Source: a virus (lineage: Duplodnaviria > Caudoviricetes). Taken from it: a stretch of DNA of 64,000 nt. The position numbers and the translations under genes were made by a program. Within the stretch, counting starts at the first letter, position 1. Every line of letters begins with the position of its first letter. Shown one piece after another: positions 47,656 to 57,600 of this stretch. Under the pieces are notes generated by a model. The model made no database searches. It saw nothing but the letters and a program-made list of their open reading frames with translations, and was not told the DNA's origin. The stretch covers positions 28,537-92,536 of the IMG/VR virus record IMGVR_UViG_3300033072_001097, one strand, 5' to 3'.

Positions 47656-48620
47656 CGCGAAGAGCACTAATATCGGGATGTACCGGCCAAGATGGATCAT
47701 ATCTGGCTGAATTGTTATTATCGAAGGGTTACGAAGTACACGGACTACTCCGAAGGGCGAGCGTTCCCAATACCGCACGGATTGATCATCTCAAGCATAA
47801 AATTACTTTGCATGTAGCAGACATAACAGATCAAGCTGGATTACGACGTATCATCGAAGAAGTGCGTCCCAGCGAAGTGTATAATTTAGCTGCTCAATCT
47901 TTCGTGCATGCTAGTTGGGATATTCCGGTCGCAACTGCCGACGTGACGGCTGTGGGTGTGACACGAATATTGGAGGCGATTCGATCAGTCAACGATAGGA
48001 TTCGTTTTTATCAGGCATCGTCATCGGAGATGTTTGGGAGAGTGGTGGAGACCCCCCAAAAAGAGACAACTCCTTTTCATCCCCGCAGCCCGTACGGAGT
48101 GGCAAAGGCATATGGCCACTATATCTCGCAGAATTATCGCGAGAGTTATGGGATGTTTTGTGCTTCTGGTATATTGTTTAATCATGAAAGTCCCCGTCGC
48201 GGATTAGAATTTGTCACACGCAAGATTTCGCATGGTGTTGCGAAGATCAAAGCTGGTTGTTTACATGATTTATATCTTGGTAATTTGGCGGCTCAACGTG
48301 ACTGGGGGCACGCTAAGGATTATGTTGAGGCTATGTGGTTGATGCTGCAGCAGGATGAGCCTGGAGATTATGTTATTGGCACCGGTGTGTCACATAGTAT
48401 TTTAGAGTTTGTCCAGGCGGCTTTTGGTCGAGCTGGTTTAGATTATCGGGAATTTGTGAGAATCGATCCTAAATTTTGCCGTCCGGCAGATGTGGAGACG
48501 CTGTGTGCGGACGCTAGTAAGGCCAAGCGTGTCCTAGGGTGGGAACCGAAGACCACATTTAGAGATCTCGTTGTAGAGATGGTGGATGCTGATATGCGAG
48601 CCCTAGGACAGATATCTTAG
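47646..48620 (+). CDS. gmd: GDP-mannose 4,6-dehydratase
   Basis: TGQDGSYLAELLL, YNLAAQSFV, FYQASSSEMFG, PRSPYGVAK, LFNHESPRRG.EFVTRKI, RDWGHAKDYV. Confidence 0.97.
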   Translation: MQMTRRALISGCTGQDGSYLAELLLSKGYEVHGLLRRASVPNTARIDHLKHKITLHVADITDQAGLRRIIEEVRPSEVYNLAAQSFVHASWDIPVATADVTAVGVTRILEAIRSVNDRIRFYQASSSEMFGRVVETPQKETTPFHPRSPYGVAKAYGHYISQNYRESYGMFCASGILFNHESPRRGLEFVTRKISHGVAKIKAGCLHDLYLGNLAAQRDWGHAKDYVEAMWLMLQQDEPGDYVIGTGVSHSILEFVQAAFGRAGLDYREFVRIDPKFCRPADVETLCADASKAKRVLGWEPKTTFRDLVVEMVDADMRALGQIS

Positions 48621-48645
48621 TGGTTCTGTTTTTGGAGGTATAGCG

Positions 48646-49047
48646 ATGAAGAATTTTTGTTTGGTATTGGTTGCGGTGTGTATGTTGTGTTTCACGAATA
48701 TTGCTGATGCTCAATGCACGTCTTGCAAAGGTGGTGTATGCCAGGTATTGGCCGCACCGGCGAAAGTGGTTCACAGTGTGTTGGCCAAGGTGACGAATCG
48801 TTGTGAAGGATGTGGCGAGAAGTCCGCCTGTGAACCGGCGTGTGAACCGAAGTGCGAGCCGCGTTGCAAAGTGCGGTGTAGGCGGGCATGTGAAAAGCCG
48901 TGCGAGCCAAAATGTGAGGCACCTGCCGAGCCGAAGTGTGAACCGGCTTGTGATCCTTGTGCGGAAGTTTGTCGTCGCACTCCGATCCGTAATTTGATTG
49001 CTCGCATCAAGGCACGCCGGTGTGGCCAAGTTAATTGTTGCGAGTGA
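48646..49047 (+). CDS. Secreted Cys-rich protein with CEPx repeats
   Basis: Signal-peptide-like N-terminus ending ADA; 23 Cys in 133 aa; GGAGG RBS. Confidence 0.75.
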   Translation: MKNFCLVLVAVCMLCFTNIADAQCTSCKGGVCQVLAAPAKVVHSVLAKVTNRCEGCGEKSACEPACEPKCEPRCKVRCRRACEKPCEPKCEAPAEPKCEPACDPCAEVCRRTPIRNLIARIKARRCGQVNCCE

Positions 49048-49137
49048 GATTGCAAGACAGCCATCCTTCGTCAAAAATAATTTGTAATGTCCGTTTAGAC
49101 GGATAGTGATTGAAACTTTTAAGGGCGAGGATTTACG

Positions 49138-49524
49138 ATGGCTGCACAACCTTTAAACACCGATATTCTGGTTTACCGGAACATTCGGGCATTCCGAGAA
49201 GCGCATCGGCATGAGTCGGTGGCAGCCTTGATCAAAAGGCTTCGTCCGCTGGTCATGAGCATTCCTGCGGAAGAGATTTTGGTCGAGGTGAAAGCACGTG
49301 ACACCACTGTTGCGGACTTCAGCCCGTACATGGGCGAAGCTCGTCACAATGCGACTCGCGGCTTCCCGATTGTGATTGGCCTCAAGGCTCCGGTCACGTT
49401 CGCGACAGCTCAGGCTGGTTTGGCCGATGTCGATTTCGCATTCCAAATTGGCCACGACAAGTTTATCACGAACACCGCAGCTGGCTTGACTGGCGATTTG
49501 CACGCCAACGCTCAAGCCCTGTAA
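49138..49524 (+). CDS. Hypothetical protein (possibly virion)
   Basis: GAGGA RBS; own terminator; upstream CAAAAATAAT. Confidence 0.75.
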   Translation: MAAQPLNTDILVYRNIRAFREAHRHESVAALIKRLRPLVMSIPAEEILVEVKARDTTVADFSPYMGEARHNATRGFPIVIGLKAPVTFATAQAGLADVDFAFQIGHDKFITNTAAGLTGDLHANAQAL

Positions 49525-49547
49525 GTCGTTATAAACACCAACGAATG

Positions 49548-49578
49548 AAACGGCGATCGGTTGCCGATCGCCGTTTTT
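49548..49578 (+). terminator. Intrinsic terminator
   Basis: AAACGGCGATCGG-TTG-CCGATCGCCGTTT followed by TT. Confidence 0.8.
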
Positions 49579-49610
49579 CGTATATATTAATTTCGTTCTA
49601 CAGGTTGATC

Positions 49611-51053
49611 ATGATACAAAACTGGCGTACTAAAGAATGGTTGCACGAACATTATATTGTCCAGAAATTATCATATCCAGCAATTGGTGCTATTGTCGGA
49701 AAAACAGCTAACGCCATACGATTTGCCGCTCGCTCGTTTGGTATTACTAGTAGATCGGTAGCCGAAGTCACACAAAAAATCGATATACCGATAAACGAAA
49801 TAATTGATCTATACTCTCAAGGCTGGAGTATAGCTGATATAGCCAAACATTTCAATGTAGCATATTGCACTATCCAGGCCAAAATGAAGAAACACGGTAT
49901 CGTTGCACGGACCGCAGCCAAGGGGCGTTCTGTAAGCCATGTTGTCCGCTATAATCTTTTACCACGAGAACAATGGGCCGACAAACATTGGCTAGATACA
50001 CAATATACAAGTCGGTCTATTAATGAAATTGCAGAAGAAATAGGCTGGTCATATACGGCAGTTCATGACACTATGGTCGCGCTCGGTGTGAAACTCCGTG
50101 ATAACGCAGCAGCCATCAACAAGAAATGGTTGGATGAAATCTATCGCAATAAATGTCTGGTTTATTCGCCACCGAAGTCTAAATTACAAATGAAATTATA
50201 TAAACTATTGGATGAAATTGGTGTTTCTTATATCCCAGAAAGTGCGGAAACCAAATTATTGCAACACTATCGACCTTTAGATTGTATCATACCACGACCG
50301 GGCCAGAAGACATTGATAATAGAAGTGAACGGTTATCTACATTTACATCCAAGCATTGCTAGTAAAGATCGGTCCAAGGCCATACAGATTAACAAGTTCT
50401 TACCAGATCATGAATTGGTATATGTATGGGATCATGACTTGGCTAGTACCGATGTCGCGGCTAAATTATGCAAGTTAATTGGTGTTACTATTCCCACACA
50501 CGATTATTCGTTATCAGATTTATCTATTGATCGTGTTACGTATGCTCAAACCAAGATATTTCTTGATCTCTATCATTATTTAGGTAAAGGTCGCGGAGGA
50601 ATTTGTTATGGCGTTTGGTTGAATGATAAACTAATAGCAGTAGCAGTATTCAGCCCACCATTACGCCAAAACACCGCTGCCCAATTCGATATGACGGACC
50701 AATCAATACGTGAGTTATCGCGTCTATGTGTACACCCATTATATCGTAAAAAGAATTTATTATCTTGGTTTCTGAGTAGAGTGGTGCAACAACTACCCTG
50801 TCAAATGGTAATTTCTTATGCTGACACCACCATGGGCCACACAGGTGCTGTGTATAAGGCTTGTAATTGGCAATTTCACCATGAAGTGCCAGGTGATTAT
50901 CACTATTTAGACAGTGATGGAATTTGCATACATAAACGCACTTTATATCAGCGTGCTCGTGCTGCCAAAATGCTTGAGGCTGATTTTGCTGAATATTTTG
51001 GCTATATTAAAATGCCAAGTAAACCAAAATTATGTTTTATTTGGCAACGATAA
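49611..51053 (+). CDS. Multi-HTH plus PD-(D/E)xK/Vsr-like nuclease plus Mom-like GNAT domain protein
   Basis: Three HTH repeats; LDCII...IIEVNGYLH..D..K nuclease; YHYL, ELSRLCV, ISYAD..GHTGAVYKACNW (Mom-family pattern). Confidence 0.7.
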   Translation: MIQNWRTKEWLHEHYIVQKLSYPAIGAIVGKTANAIRFAARSFGITSRSVAEVTQKIDIPINEIIDLYSQGWSIADIAKHFNVAYCTIQAKMKKHGIVARTAAKGRSVSHVVRYNLLPREQWADKHWLDTQYTSRSINEIAEEIGWSYTAVHDTMVALGVKLRDNAAAINKKWLDEIYRNKCLVYSPPKSKLQMKLYKLLDEIGVSYIPESAETKLLQHYRPLDCIIPRPGQKTLIIEVNGYLHLHPSIASKDRSKAIQINKFLPDHELVYVWDHDLASTDVAAKLCKLIGVTIPTHDYSLSDLSIDRVTYAQTKIFLDLYHYLGKGRGGICYGVWLNDKLIAVAVFSPPLRQNTAAQFDMTDQSIRELSRLCVHPLYRKKNLLSWFLSRVVQQLPCQMVISYADTTMGHTGAVYKACNWQFHHEVPGDYHYLDSDGICIHKRTLYQRARAAKMLEADFAEYFGYIKMPSKPKLCFIWQR

Positions 51054-51092
51054 TCATTGTTTAGGTGGCAAAGATATCATTGGAGATATCGT

Positions 51093-51617
51093 ATGGCCGC
51101 CACTGTGAATATTAAACGATGGACCGGTGCATCCGGATCAATGTCCGGTACCGTTATCACTAGCGCTAACACGGTGGCTAACGCTGTTGACGCCCATCAA
51201 TCGACTGCCTCTAGCAGCACCGACCCAATCAAAATCCCACCAAGCGGTACTAATTATAGCTATTGGGTGAGTACGCGCCTCGCCACAGGAGCGACTGGCC
51301 CCACAGGTACTATCAGCAATCTTCGTTGGTATAGCGACGGTTCAAATAGCTTTGGGACTGGTGTGGGTTGCAATGTAAAGACGGCCAGCACCTATACGCA
51401 GGCTACCGGGACGCAAGGTGTGACCGGCGACGCGATGAGTGGAGGAGCGGCCTTTGAGACTAAAACGAGTGGATCTCCATTGACTGTGACAGGTACGTGC
51501 ACCACAGCGAATACTGATTTTGGTGATTATGTGGTATATCAATTGACGGTAGGCCCTACAGCTTCTGCTGGGGTCACAGGACAAGAGACATTTACTTGGC
51601 TCTACGACGAAACTTAA
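51093..51617 (+). CDS. Thr/Gly/Ser-rich putative virion structural protein
   Basis: GGAG RBS; beta-rich; ends FTWLYDET. Confidence 0.7.
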   Translation: MAATVNIKRWTGASGSMSGTVITSANTVANAVDAHQSTASSSTDPIKIPPSGTNYSYWVSTRLATGATGPTGTISNLRWYSDGSNSFGTGVGCNVKTASTYTQATGTQGVTGDAMSGGAAFETKTSGSPLTVTGTCTTANTDFGDYVVYQLTVGPTASAGVTGQETFTWLYDET

Positions 51618-51854
51618 GTGATCATGTATCAAGAGAAGTTGAGATGGGCAGCCGTAATGGAGAACGGCGAAATAATCGATCAATATCAAGAAGAGAAAAC
51701 ATTATCAAGCGAAGATATCCCGCGAAATGGTCTGCGAAAATTTTTGCTAATTGATTCAGATAATACTATAGTCTTTGTCAAAGAGTTATCACCAGGATGG
51801 AAGTTCTTTTATAGACGCCGCACAGCTTTGTCTACTGGGGGGAGATTCGAGTGA
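51618..51854 (+). CDS. Hypothetical protein
   Basis: Coupled ORF. Confidence 0.55.
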   Translation: MIMYQEKLRWAAVMENGEIIDQYQEEKTLSSEDIPRNGLRKFLLIDSDNTIVFVKELSPGWKFFYRRRTALSTGGRFE

Positions 51855-52045
51855 TTCATTTGGTCGGCTGGAATATACCCATAGTCGACCAATGGATTAT
51901 ACAGACTGCTTTCTTGTATGAGTCGGATGGCAGTTTGTATGTTGGGGATATGGTGGTCGGTGACCAACCAACATTGTTATATCGATCGTTTTCGTGGCGG
52001 CATCCTATAATCTTGGTAGATGCCGATAATCAAATAATCACTTAG
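51851..52045 (+). CDS. Hypothetical protein
   Basis: GTGA-coupled ORF. Confidence 0.45.
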   Translation: MIHLVGWNIPIVDQWIIQTAFLYESDGSLYVGDMVVGDQPTLLYRSFSWRHPIILVDADNQIIT

Positions 52046-52485
52046 CCTATTTCACGCCAAACAATACCGCAGTCCAATATATGGGCGGTGCTCAAGTTTT
52101 CATCTAAGGCTAATACTATTCCGTCGCTAGTGCCGTTGCACTCTATGCGTTCTTCTGGCGTTGGTGCATACACGAAACCGCCAACGTTGGGCACTGATTC
52201 GCGTATGATGGCGTTGGCGGCTGTGGGGGCTCGATCACCCGCATAGGTGTTAACTGTGGGGGAAGTGCTGTCGCCAGAGGTGCTTCTTTCGGTGATTCCG
52301 GTTCCACTGGTGCCAGCGGCTGTGACACGTTTGATAGCGATAGTCATTTGTTCGACGGTATCGGGGCTTTGGGCTTGTACCCATGCTCGCAATATTTCAA
52401 TGCTTTTGGTGCCGCATTCTAGTTCGATGAGATTTCCGGCAGTGGTGATGCTTGCTTCTCTGATCGCTGTGTAAACGCCACGCAT
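52042..52485 (-). CDS. Beta-rich protein resembling 52862 and 53386 products
   Basis: IEILRAWV...IKRVTAAGTSGTGIT; GAGGA RBS. Confidence 0.65.
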   Translation of the reverse strand: MRGVYTAIREASITTAGNLIELECGTKSIEILRAWVQAQSPDTVEQMTIAIKRVTAAGTSGTGITERSTSGDSTSPTVNTYAGDRAPTAANAIIRESVPNVGGFVYAPTPEERIECNGTSDGIVLALDENLSTAHILDCGIVWREIG

Positions 52486-52580
52486 AAATATTTCCTCGTT
52501 GAATTGTTAGTGGTATTTACATGATCAAAAATGTTGTTGGCTGATATATATTTTATCCAACATATTGTACGAGGTTTATC

Positions 52581-52853
52581 ATGATCACAGCAAGTGGTGC
52601 CACCCGTGTTTATTGGACTGGTACGGTCTGGCATGTACAAATAGCACATGCGATTGATCCACGGATGGCCAAAAATATAATAGATTTCTTACGCCCAATT
52701 CAAGTGCAGAGATGGCGTTCTTTACCGCCTGGTGATCTGAAGGATGATTGCGAACGCTCAATCAAAGCATTAGATGAATGCAAAATTGAACAAGTATTTG
52801 TCGGAAACGGCGAAAAGGTCCTGTTTGACGCTTACGCCAGAAATAAGATGTAG
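52581..52853 (+). CDS. Hypothetical protein
   Basis: GAGG RBS; 90 aa. Confidence 0.6.
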   Translation: MITASGATRVYWTGTVWHVQIAHAIDPRMAKNIIDFLRPIQVQRWRSLPPGDLKDDCERSIKALDECKIEQVFVGNGEKVLFDAYARNKM

Positions 52854-52861
52854 AGGGATAT

Positions 52862-53383
52862 ATGGCAGCCACTTGGACAGCAACTGGTGCAGCGGTTACG
52901 TTTGCAGCTACTAAGAGTATGACGGACGTTTTTAATGCTACTGGTACGGCCAGAGTGATTAGAGCTTATCGCTATGCTTTCTGGAATAACCAAACGGGTG
53001 CTGTTACGGCAGCTTTAACAGCTTGCCAAATACGACGTATTACATCTGCTTCCGGCGGCAGTGCTATTACTCCTGTCAAACACGATACGAATAGTAGTTC
53101 GTTAGACGCCAATACCACTTGCGGCTATAATCGTACGGTTGGTGGTTCTGATATTTTTCGCCGTTTTCTGTGGCTGACTGAAGAAGCGACGACAACCGGC
53201 GTGACACAAGCCAACTGGGAGATTATGGTTCCCAATACGCAAGTGTATTTGCCCACGGCTGGTGATTCGAATTTAGAACCAATTACTTGCCGATCGGCCC
53301 AAGGCACGGATATTTACAACGCAGGTTCTGGTGCCGTTGGTACGGTGGACACGGAAATCACATTTACTGACGCTGCTAGCTAA
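52862..53383 (+). CDS. Putative virion structural protein
   Basis: GAGGGA RBS; Thr/Ala-rich; IRRITSASGGSAITP..DT. Confidence 0.7.
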   Translation: MAATWTATGAAVTFAATKSMTDVFNATGTARVIRAYRYAFWNNQTGAVTAALTACQIRRITSASGGSAITPVKHDTNSSSLDANTTCGYNRTVGGSDIFRRFLWLTEEATTTGVTQANWEIMVPNTQVYLPTAGDSNLEPITCRSAQGTDIYNAGSGAVGTVDTEITFTDAAS

Positions 53384-53385
53384 AC

Positions 53386-54600
53386 ATGACATATTGCACT
53401 TTTACATTGAGTGAAGTTCAGCTTAATCGCGGTGTGCCGCCGAACGATGGCCTGATTGGTGTTATGAATAACACAACTGATGGAACCATTGTAGAAATCA
53501 GGCGTGTATGGCTTGCTCCTCAATCTGGCTTATCTGATGTAGCTGGACAACCTGGGCGTATAAGAATATCTAGAATATCTGCATCGTCTGGCGGGGATTC
53601 AATTAGTTTTGCTAACAATGATACTACGTCGACGAGTCTACCGAGCCAAATAGAACTTAGGGCGTCGCCGGATAGTGTTACTGAGACTTCTGTGTTGGGT
53701 TATCGTTCTGATGTGCGGGCATTTGGTGAAACATTAGGTAATAATTATGCCGTGATGAATCCGTCCTATATGGACCCTAAGATTAATGGCAGTGATTATG
53801 CTAATTTGTATTTCCGTGGTAGAGATAGTGCTGTAGAATCGTATACTTGTCGTGAGGGTGAAGGAATAGCTTTTATTTTGGACACACTTGGGTTTCCGAA
53901 ATCTTGGTCTTTGCGGGTGTGTGTTCGTGTTTTGTCTACTGGTAAGTGTTATATAGCTGATGCTGAACCGGCTTTAATAGAGTATCCACGTTTGGTTGGT
54001 TTAGCGTTTTGGTCTATAATGAATAATACTGGTTCTGGTGTTGTTATTGAGGTTACTGGTATCGATATGAATGAGGTTGGGTATACTAATGTTATGCCTG
54101 AATATTCGTTGGTGAAGGGTGCTTGTGTTGGTACTAATAGGCGGACGTTGACTCCTGCTGCTTTTGATACTAATAATAATTGTCCAGCTGGTATAGTTTG
54201 TGTTGGTGCGCCGTTTTATCTAATTCCTGGTGCAGCAGAGCATGGTGCTGTATATGATATTCCGTATTATAATACTAATGCGACCACTGGTGTGCCTATT
54301 GCGCAGCAGTTAAAGTATGGTCGTTTCCGACATCGTTGCTATTTGCCGTTTTTCCAGATTACTACAGCACCGGCCTTTAGATTTGGTAAAGAGGAAGCGT
54401 TATATTATGAAGCTTTGATAGATAATACGGAACTCCCTGAGGGGATAATATTGCGTAGTAATGAAGGTGTTGGGATAGTTCAGCGTTCGTCGGCTGTTTT
54501 GAATCGTTCTTGTTTGTCGCCTGTGCAGGGTGGTATTACATTTACGGTGCGACCCCCCGCTGCTACTGCTATTTTTACTAATCGCGTTTCTATTCGCTAA
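53386..54600 (+). CDS. Putative virion structural protein with two related domains
   Basis: GVMNNTTDGTIVEI / SIMNNTGSGVVIEV and TCREGEGIAF / ILRSNEGVGI indicate an internal duplication. Confidence 0.7.
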   Translation: MTYCTFTLSEVQLNRGVPPNDGLIGVMNNTTDGTIVEIRRVWLAPQSGLSDVAGQPGRIRISRISASSGGDSISFANNDTTSTSLPSQIELRASPDSVTETSVLGYRSDVRAFGETLGNNYAVMNPSYMDPKINGSDYANLYFRGRDSAVESYTCREGEGIAFILDTLGFPKSWSLRVCVRVLSTGKCYIADAEPALIEYPRLVGLAFWSIMNNTGSGVVIEVTGIDMNEVGYTNVMPEYSLVKGACVGTNRRTLTPAAFDTNNNCPAGIVCVGAPFYLIPGAAEHGAVYDIPYYNTNATTGVPIAQQLKYGRFRHRCYLPFFQITTAPAFRFGKEEALYYEALIDNTELPEGIILRSNEGVGIVQRSSAVLNRSCLSPVQGGITFTVRPPAATAIFTNRVSIR

Positions 54601-54611
54601 TATTTTTGCAT

Positions 54612-54674
54612 TTGCCGCCGCGAATTATTGGTGTGAATAAATATACCATATATCGGCTGTAATCGCGGTGGCAA
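54612..54674 (+). promoter_or_regulatory. Hairpin covering the translation-initiation region of the giant repeat gene
   Basis: TTGCCGCCGCGA/TCGCGGTGGCAA stem ends 3 nt before ATG 54678; AT-rich TAAATATA lies in the loop. Confidence 0.5.
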
Positions 54675-54677
54675 TTA

Positions 54678-57600
54678 ATGAATTATCCGTTATCATACTA
54701 TCGCTTGACCGCTACCTATCCGCGTGTTCGCGTTAGGGATGCGTATCCGTCACAGATTAAAAAGTCGATAATACCATTGCTTGGACAGGCGGTGCCAAGC
54801 CCGAGTGCGTCGCCTAGTGCGAGCCCGAGTGTATCGCCTTCTGTTAGTCCTAGTGCTTCGCCTTCTGTTAGTCCTTCTGCTAGTCCTAGTTTATCGCCTT
54901 CTGCTAGTCCGTCGGCAGCGGAGAGTGCATCGCTTAGTCCTTCTGCTTCTCCTTCTGCTTCACCTTCTATCGCCCCACCCGGTAATCGTTATTGGGTCAA
55001 CGATAGTGCTGATGGTTTGTGGAATAACAAGTATAATTGGGCCACCACAAGTGGAGGACTTGGTGGTGATAATGCTGACGTTCCGACCATCGACGATGAT
55101 GTCTATTTCGATGGCGGGGATACGAGCAACTGCACTTGCAATGTGGCGATTAGTTGCAAGTCGTTGACGGTGGCGGCTGGTTATAGTGGGAAGTTGGATT
55201 TAGCGGATTCTAGTTATTCGCACGCTGTTTCTGGTGATATTACGCTCGATGGGGTCGGTGAATTCGACTGCGGTATATCAACGATTACGACCTCCGGGAA
55301 TTTCGACTGCAAGGATCAGACGACGTTCACGCGGGGTAATTCAACCATCGTGATGAACGGGTCGGAAAAGGTCCTGACAAGTGTTTCCGGACGATTTTTT
55401 TATGGTTTGACGGTTAATGGGAACACGACTCTAGCAGCGTCCGGAACTCAACAATGGTTTGGGGCTGTGACTATCGCGGTGGGGGTCACGCTAACCGTCG
55501 ATACGCCGACCTATTTCCGCTCCAACGTTACCGTAAACGGTACGCTCGCCGGGTCGTCGTCGGTGCGATACTACCAGGACATGGCGACGGCGTTCACAAT
55601 CGGCGGGTCCGGTTCCGTCACCATTAGTTCTCTGACTTGGCAGCTTGCGATTGACGGGACTTTTAGTGGTTTAGGCCAGGGAACGTATGCCTGTGGGACT
55701 TTCGCGATTGAAACGAATGCCGCCGCTGCGGTAGCGAGGTTCCAGGCTGGTTCGTATATCTTTACCGGTTCTTTTTCTTTGACCGCGACGTCTGGAAAGG
55801 GCGTCACGGTTGATTGTTCGACGAACAACCCGACACTTGAAATTCGCGGTTCTGTTAACTGTGAGAACGGAACCGGTTCTTTCAATTGGACCAAGGGTAC
55901 CGGGACGATCTACCTGACCGGGGCTAGCAATCAAACCGTTAATTTCAACGATTTAGTTATTGAAGATCTTGATATTAATAAGTCCGCTGGAACGGTAACG
56001 TTTGCGGGCGGTTTCACTACCGATTCACTCTATTGCCGGTCCGGGGCTTACGCCATCGATTGGGGCGATTTGTCCTCGACATTCAATGTTGTTGGGGATG
56101 CGACGTTTACTGGGGCCATCACCGCTGTTGACTCGGGGACCGGCAATTCGATTTATGTCGGCGGTAATTGGGCGTCGCACGGGTTGTCCGTGGGCGTCTG
56201 GAATGATTCAACTGCCGCGCTGACGCTGTATATGACGGGGGCGTCGAATACGTTTAAGGCGGGCTATAACAAAGGTCCAGGCCGATTGCGAATTCAGGCG
56301 GGGGCGTCCATTACGAGCGCGGAATCATCCGCCGGATATTATGGCCAATACCTCTACGTGTACGGAACCTACACGGCCAATGTCACGCAGTCTGTCTCGT
56401 ACGCGACAGTATACGCCGGGGGGACGCTGACCGGGTCTGGCAGCATCTACGCTACAGGCCCGCAGTATTCTAATAATGCGGGCGGGACGTGGTCGATTGC
56501 GACAACAACCTGCGGCGGGTATACGCCGGGATCATGGACAAATGGTAGTGTCTTTAGCGGCACGCAATTTACATGGCAAAGCAACGGGTCGTCAGGAACC
56601 AGGACGCCTGTATCTGCAACGTTCGATTGCAACGTGACAATCCAGACCAATTCCGGAACGTTCAACATAAGCAATGCTGTTAACAATCCGAATTGGGTCT
56701 TCAAGAAAAATGTGACAATTAGCCAAACAGGGACCGGCACCCTAACGTGGTCGAAGGGCAGTGGTACGATTACCCTGTCCGGTTCGGGTGACCAGACAGT
56801 TGATTTTGACGCCAGGACTATTGAAGATGTCGTAATCAACAATACTGGTGGTCGTGTCACATTCTCCGATGGTTTTACCACTGACTCACTAACTGGTACG
56901 GATGGTGATTGCGATTTTAACGGTAAAACCATTACCGTTGCTGGGAATGTAACACTCGACAAATCAACAGGCTTCCGTTTGTGGGACGGAGCGAGTGCTG
57001 ATCAATCGGGAGCCGTGATTGATTATGACGGAGATCTCACATTAACTGGTGTTAATGGGGATTTGTTAGAAGTTTACGATCTCGATTTTGTTAATACTGT
57101 CGCCGATACACCGACTGCTACTTACTGTTCGGTGACGAATAGTAGTCGGACTGGCACTGGTCCGGATATTAATGCTCTCGAGACGGCTTATGGTGGGACG
57201 AACGAGGATAATGGTGGGAATACTGGCTGGGATTTCGGTGGTCCTAGCCCGAGTTTAAGTCCTTCGGCAAGTATTAGTCCTTCGATTTCACCTTCTGCCA
57301 GTCCTAGTGTCAGTCCTAGTGCTAGTCCGAGTGCCAGCCCCAGTACTAGCCCCAGTGCCGCTGAGAGTGCCTCATTAAGCCCATCGGTTAGCCCCAGTGC
57401 TAGCCCGAGTTTGAGTCCTTCGGCGAGTATCAGTCCTTCTGCTTCACCTTCTGTTAGTCCTAGTGCTTCACCATCTACTTCGCCTAGCACTAGCCCCAGT
57501 TTGAGTCCTTCGGCTAGTTTGAGTCCTAGTGCCAGCCCTTCTGCAAGTCCTAGTCTAAGTCCTTCTGTAAGTCCTAGTGCCTCACCGTCCGCTAGCCCTA

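Noticed and set aside
46885-47690. Group I intron in gmd
   Set aside because: The endonuclease ORF fills essentially the whole insert, leaving no visible ribozyme core, and the downstream gmd has its own complete start.
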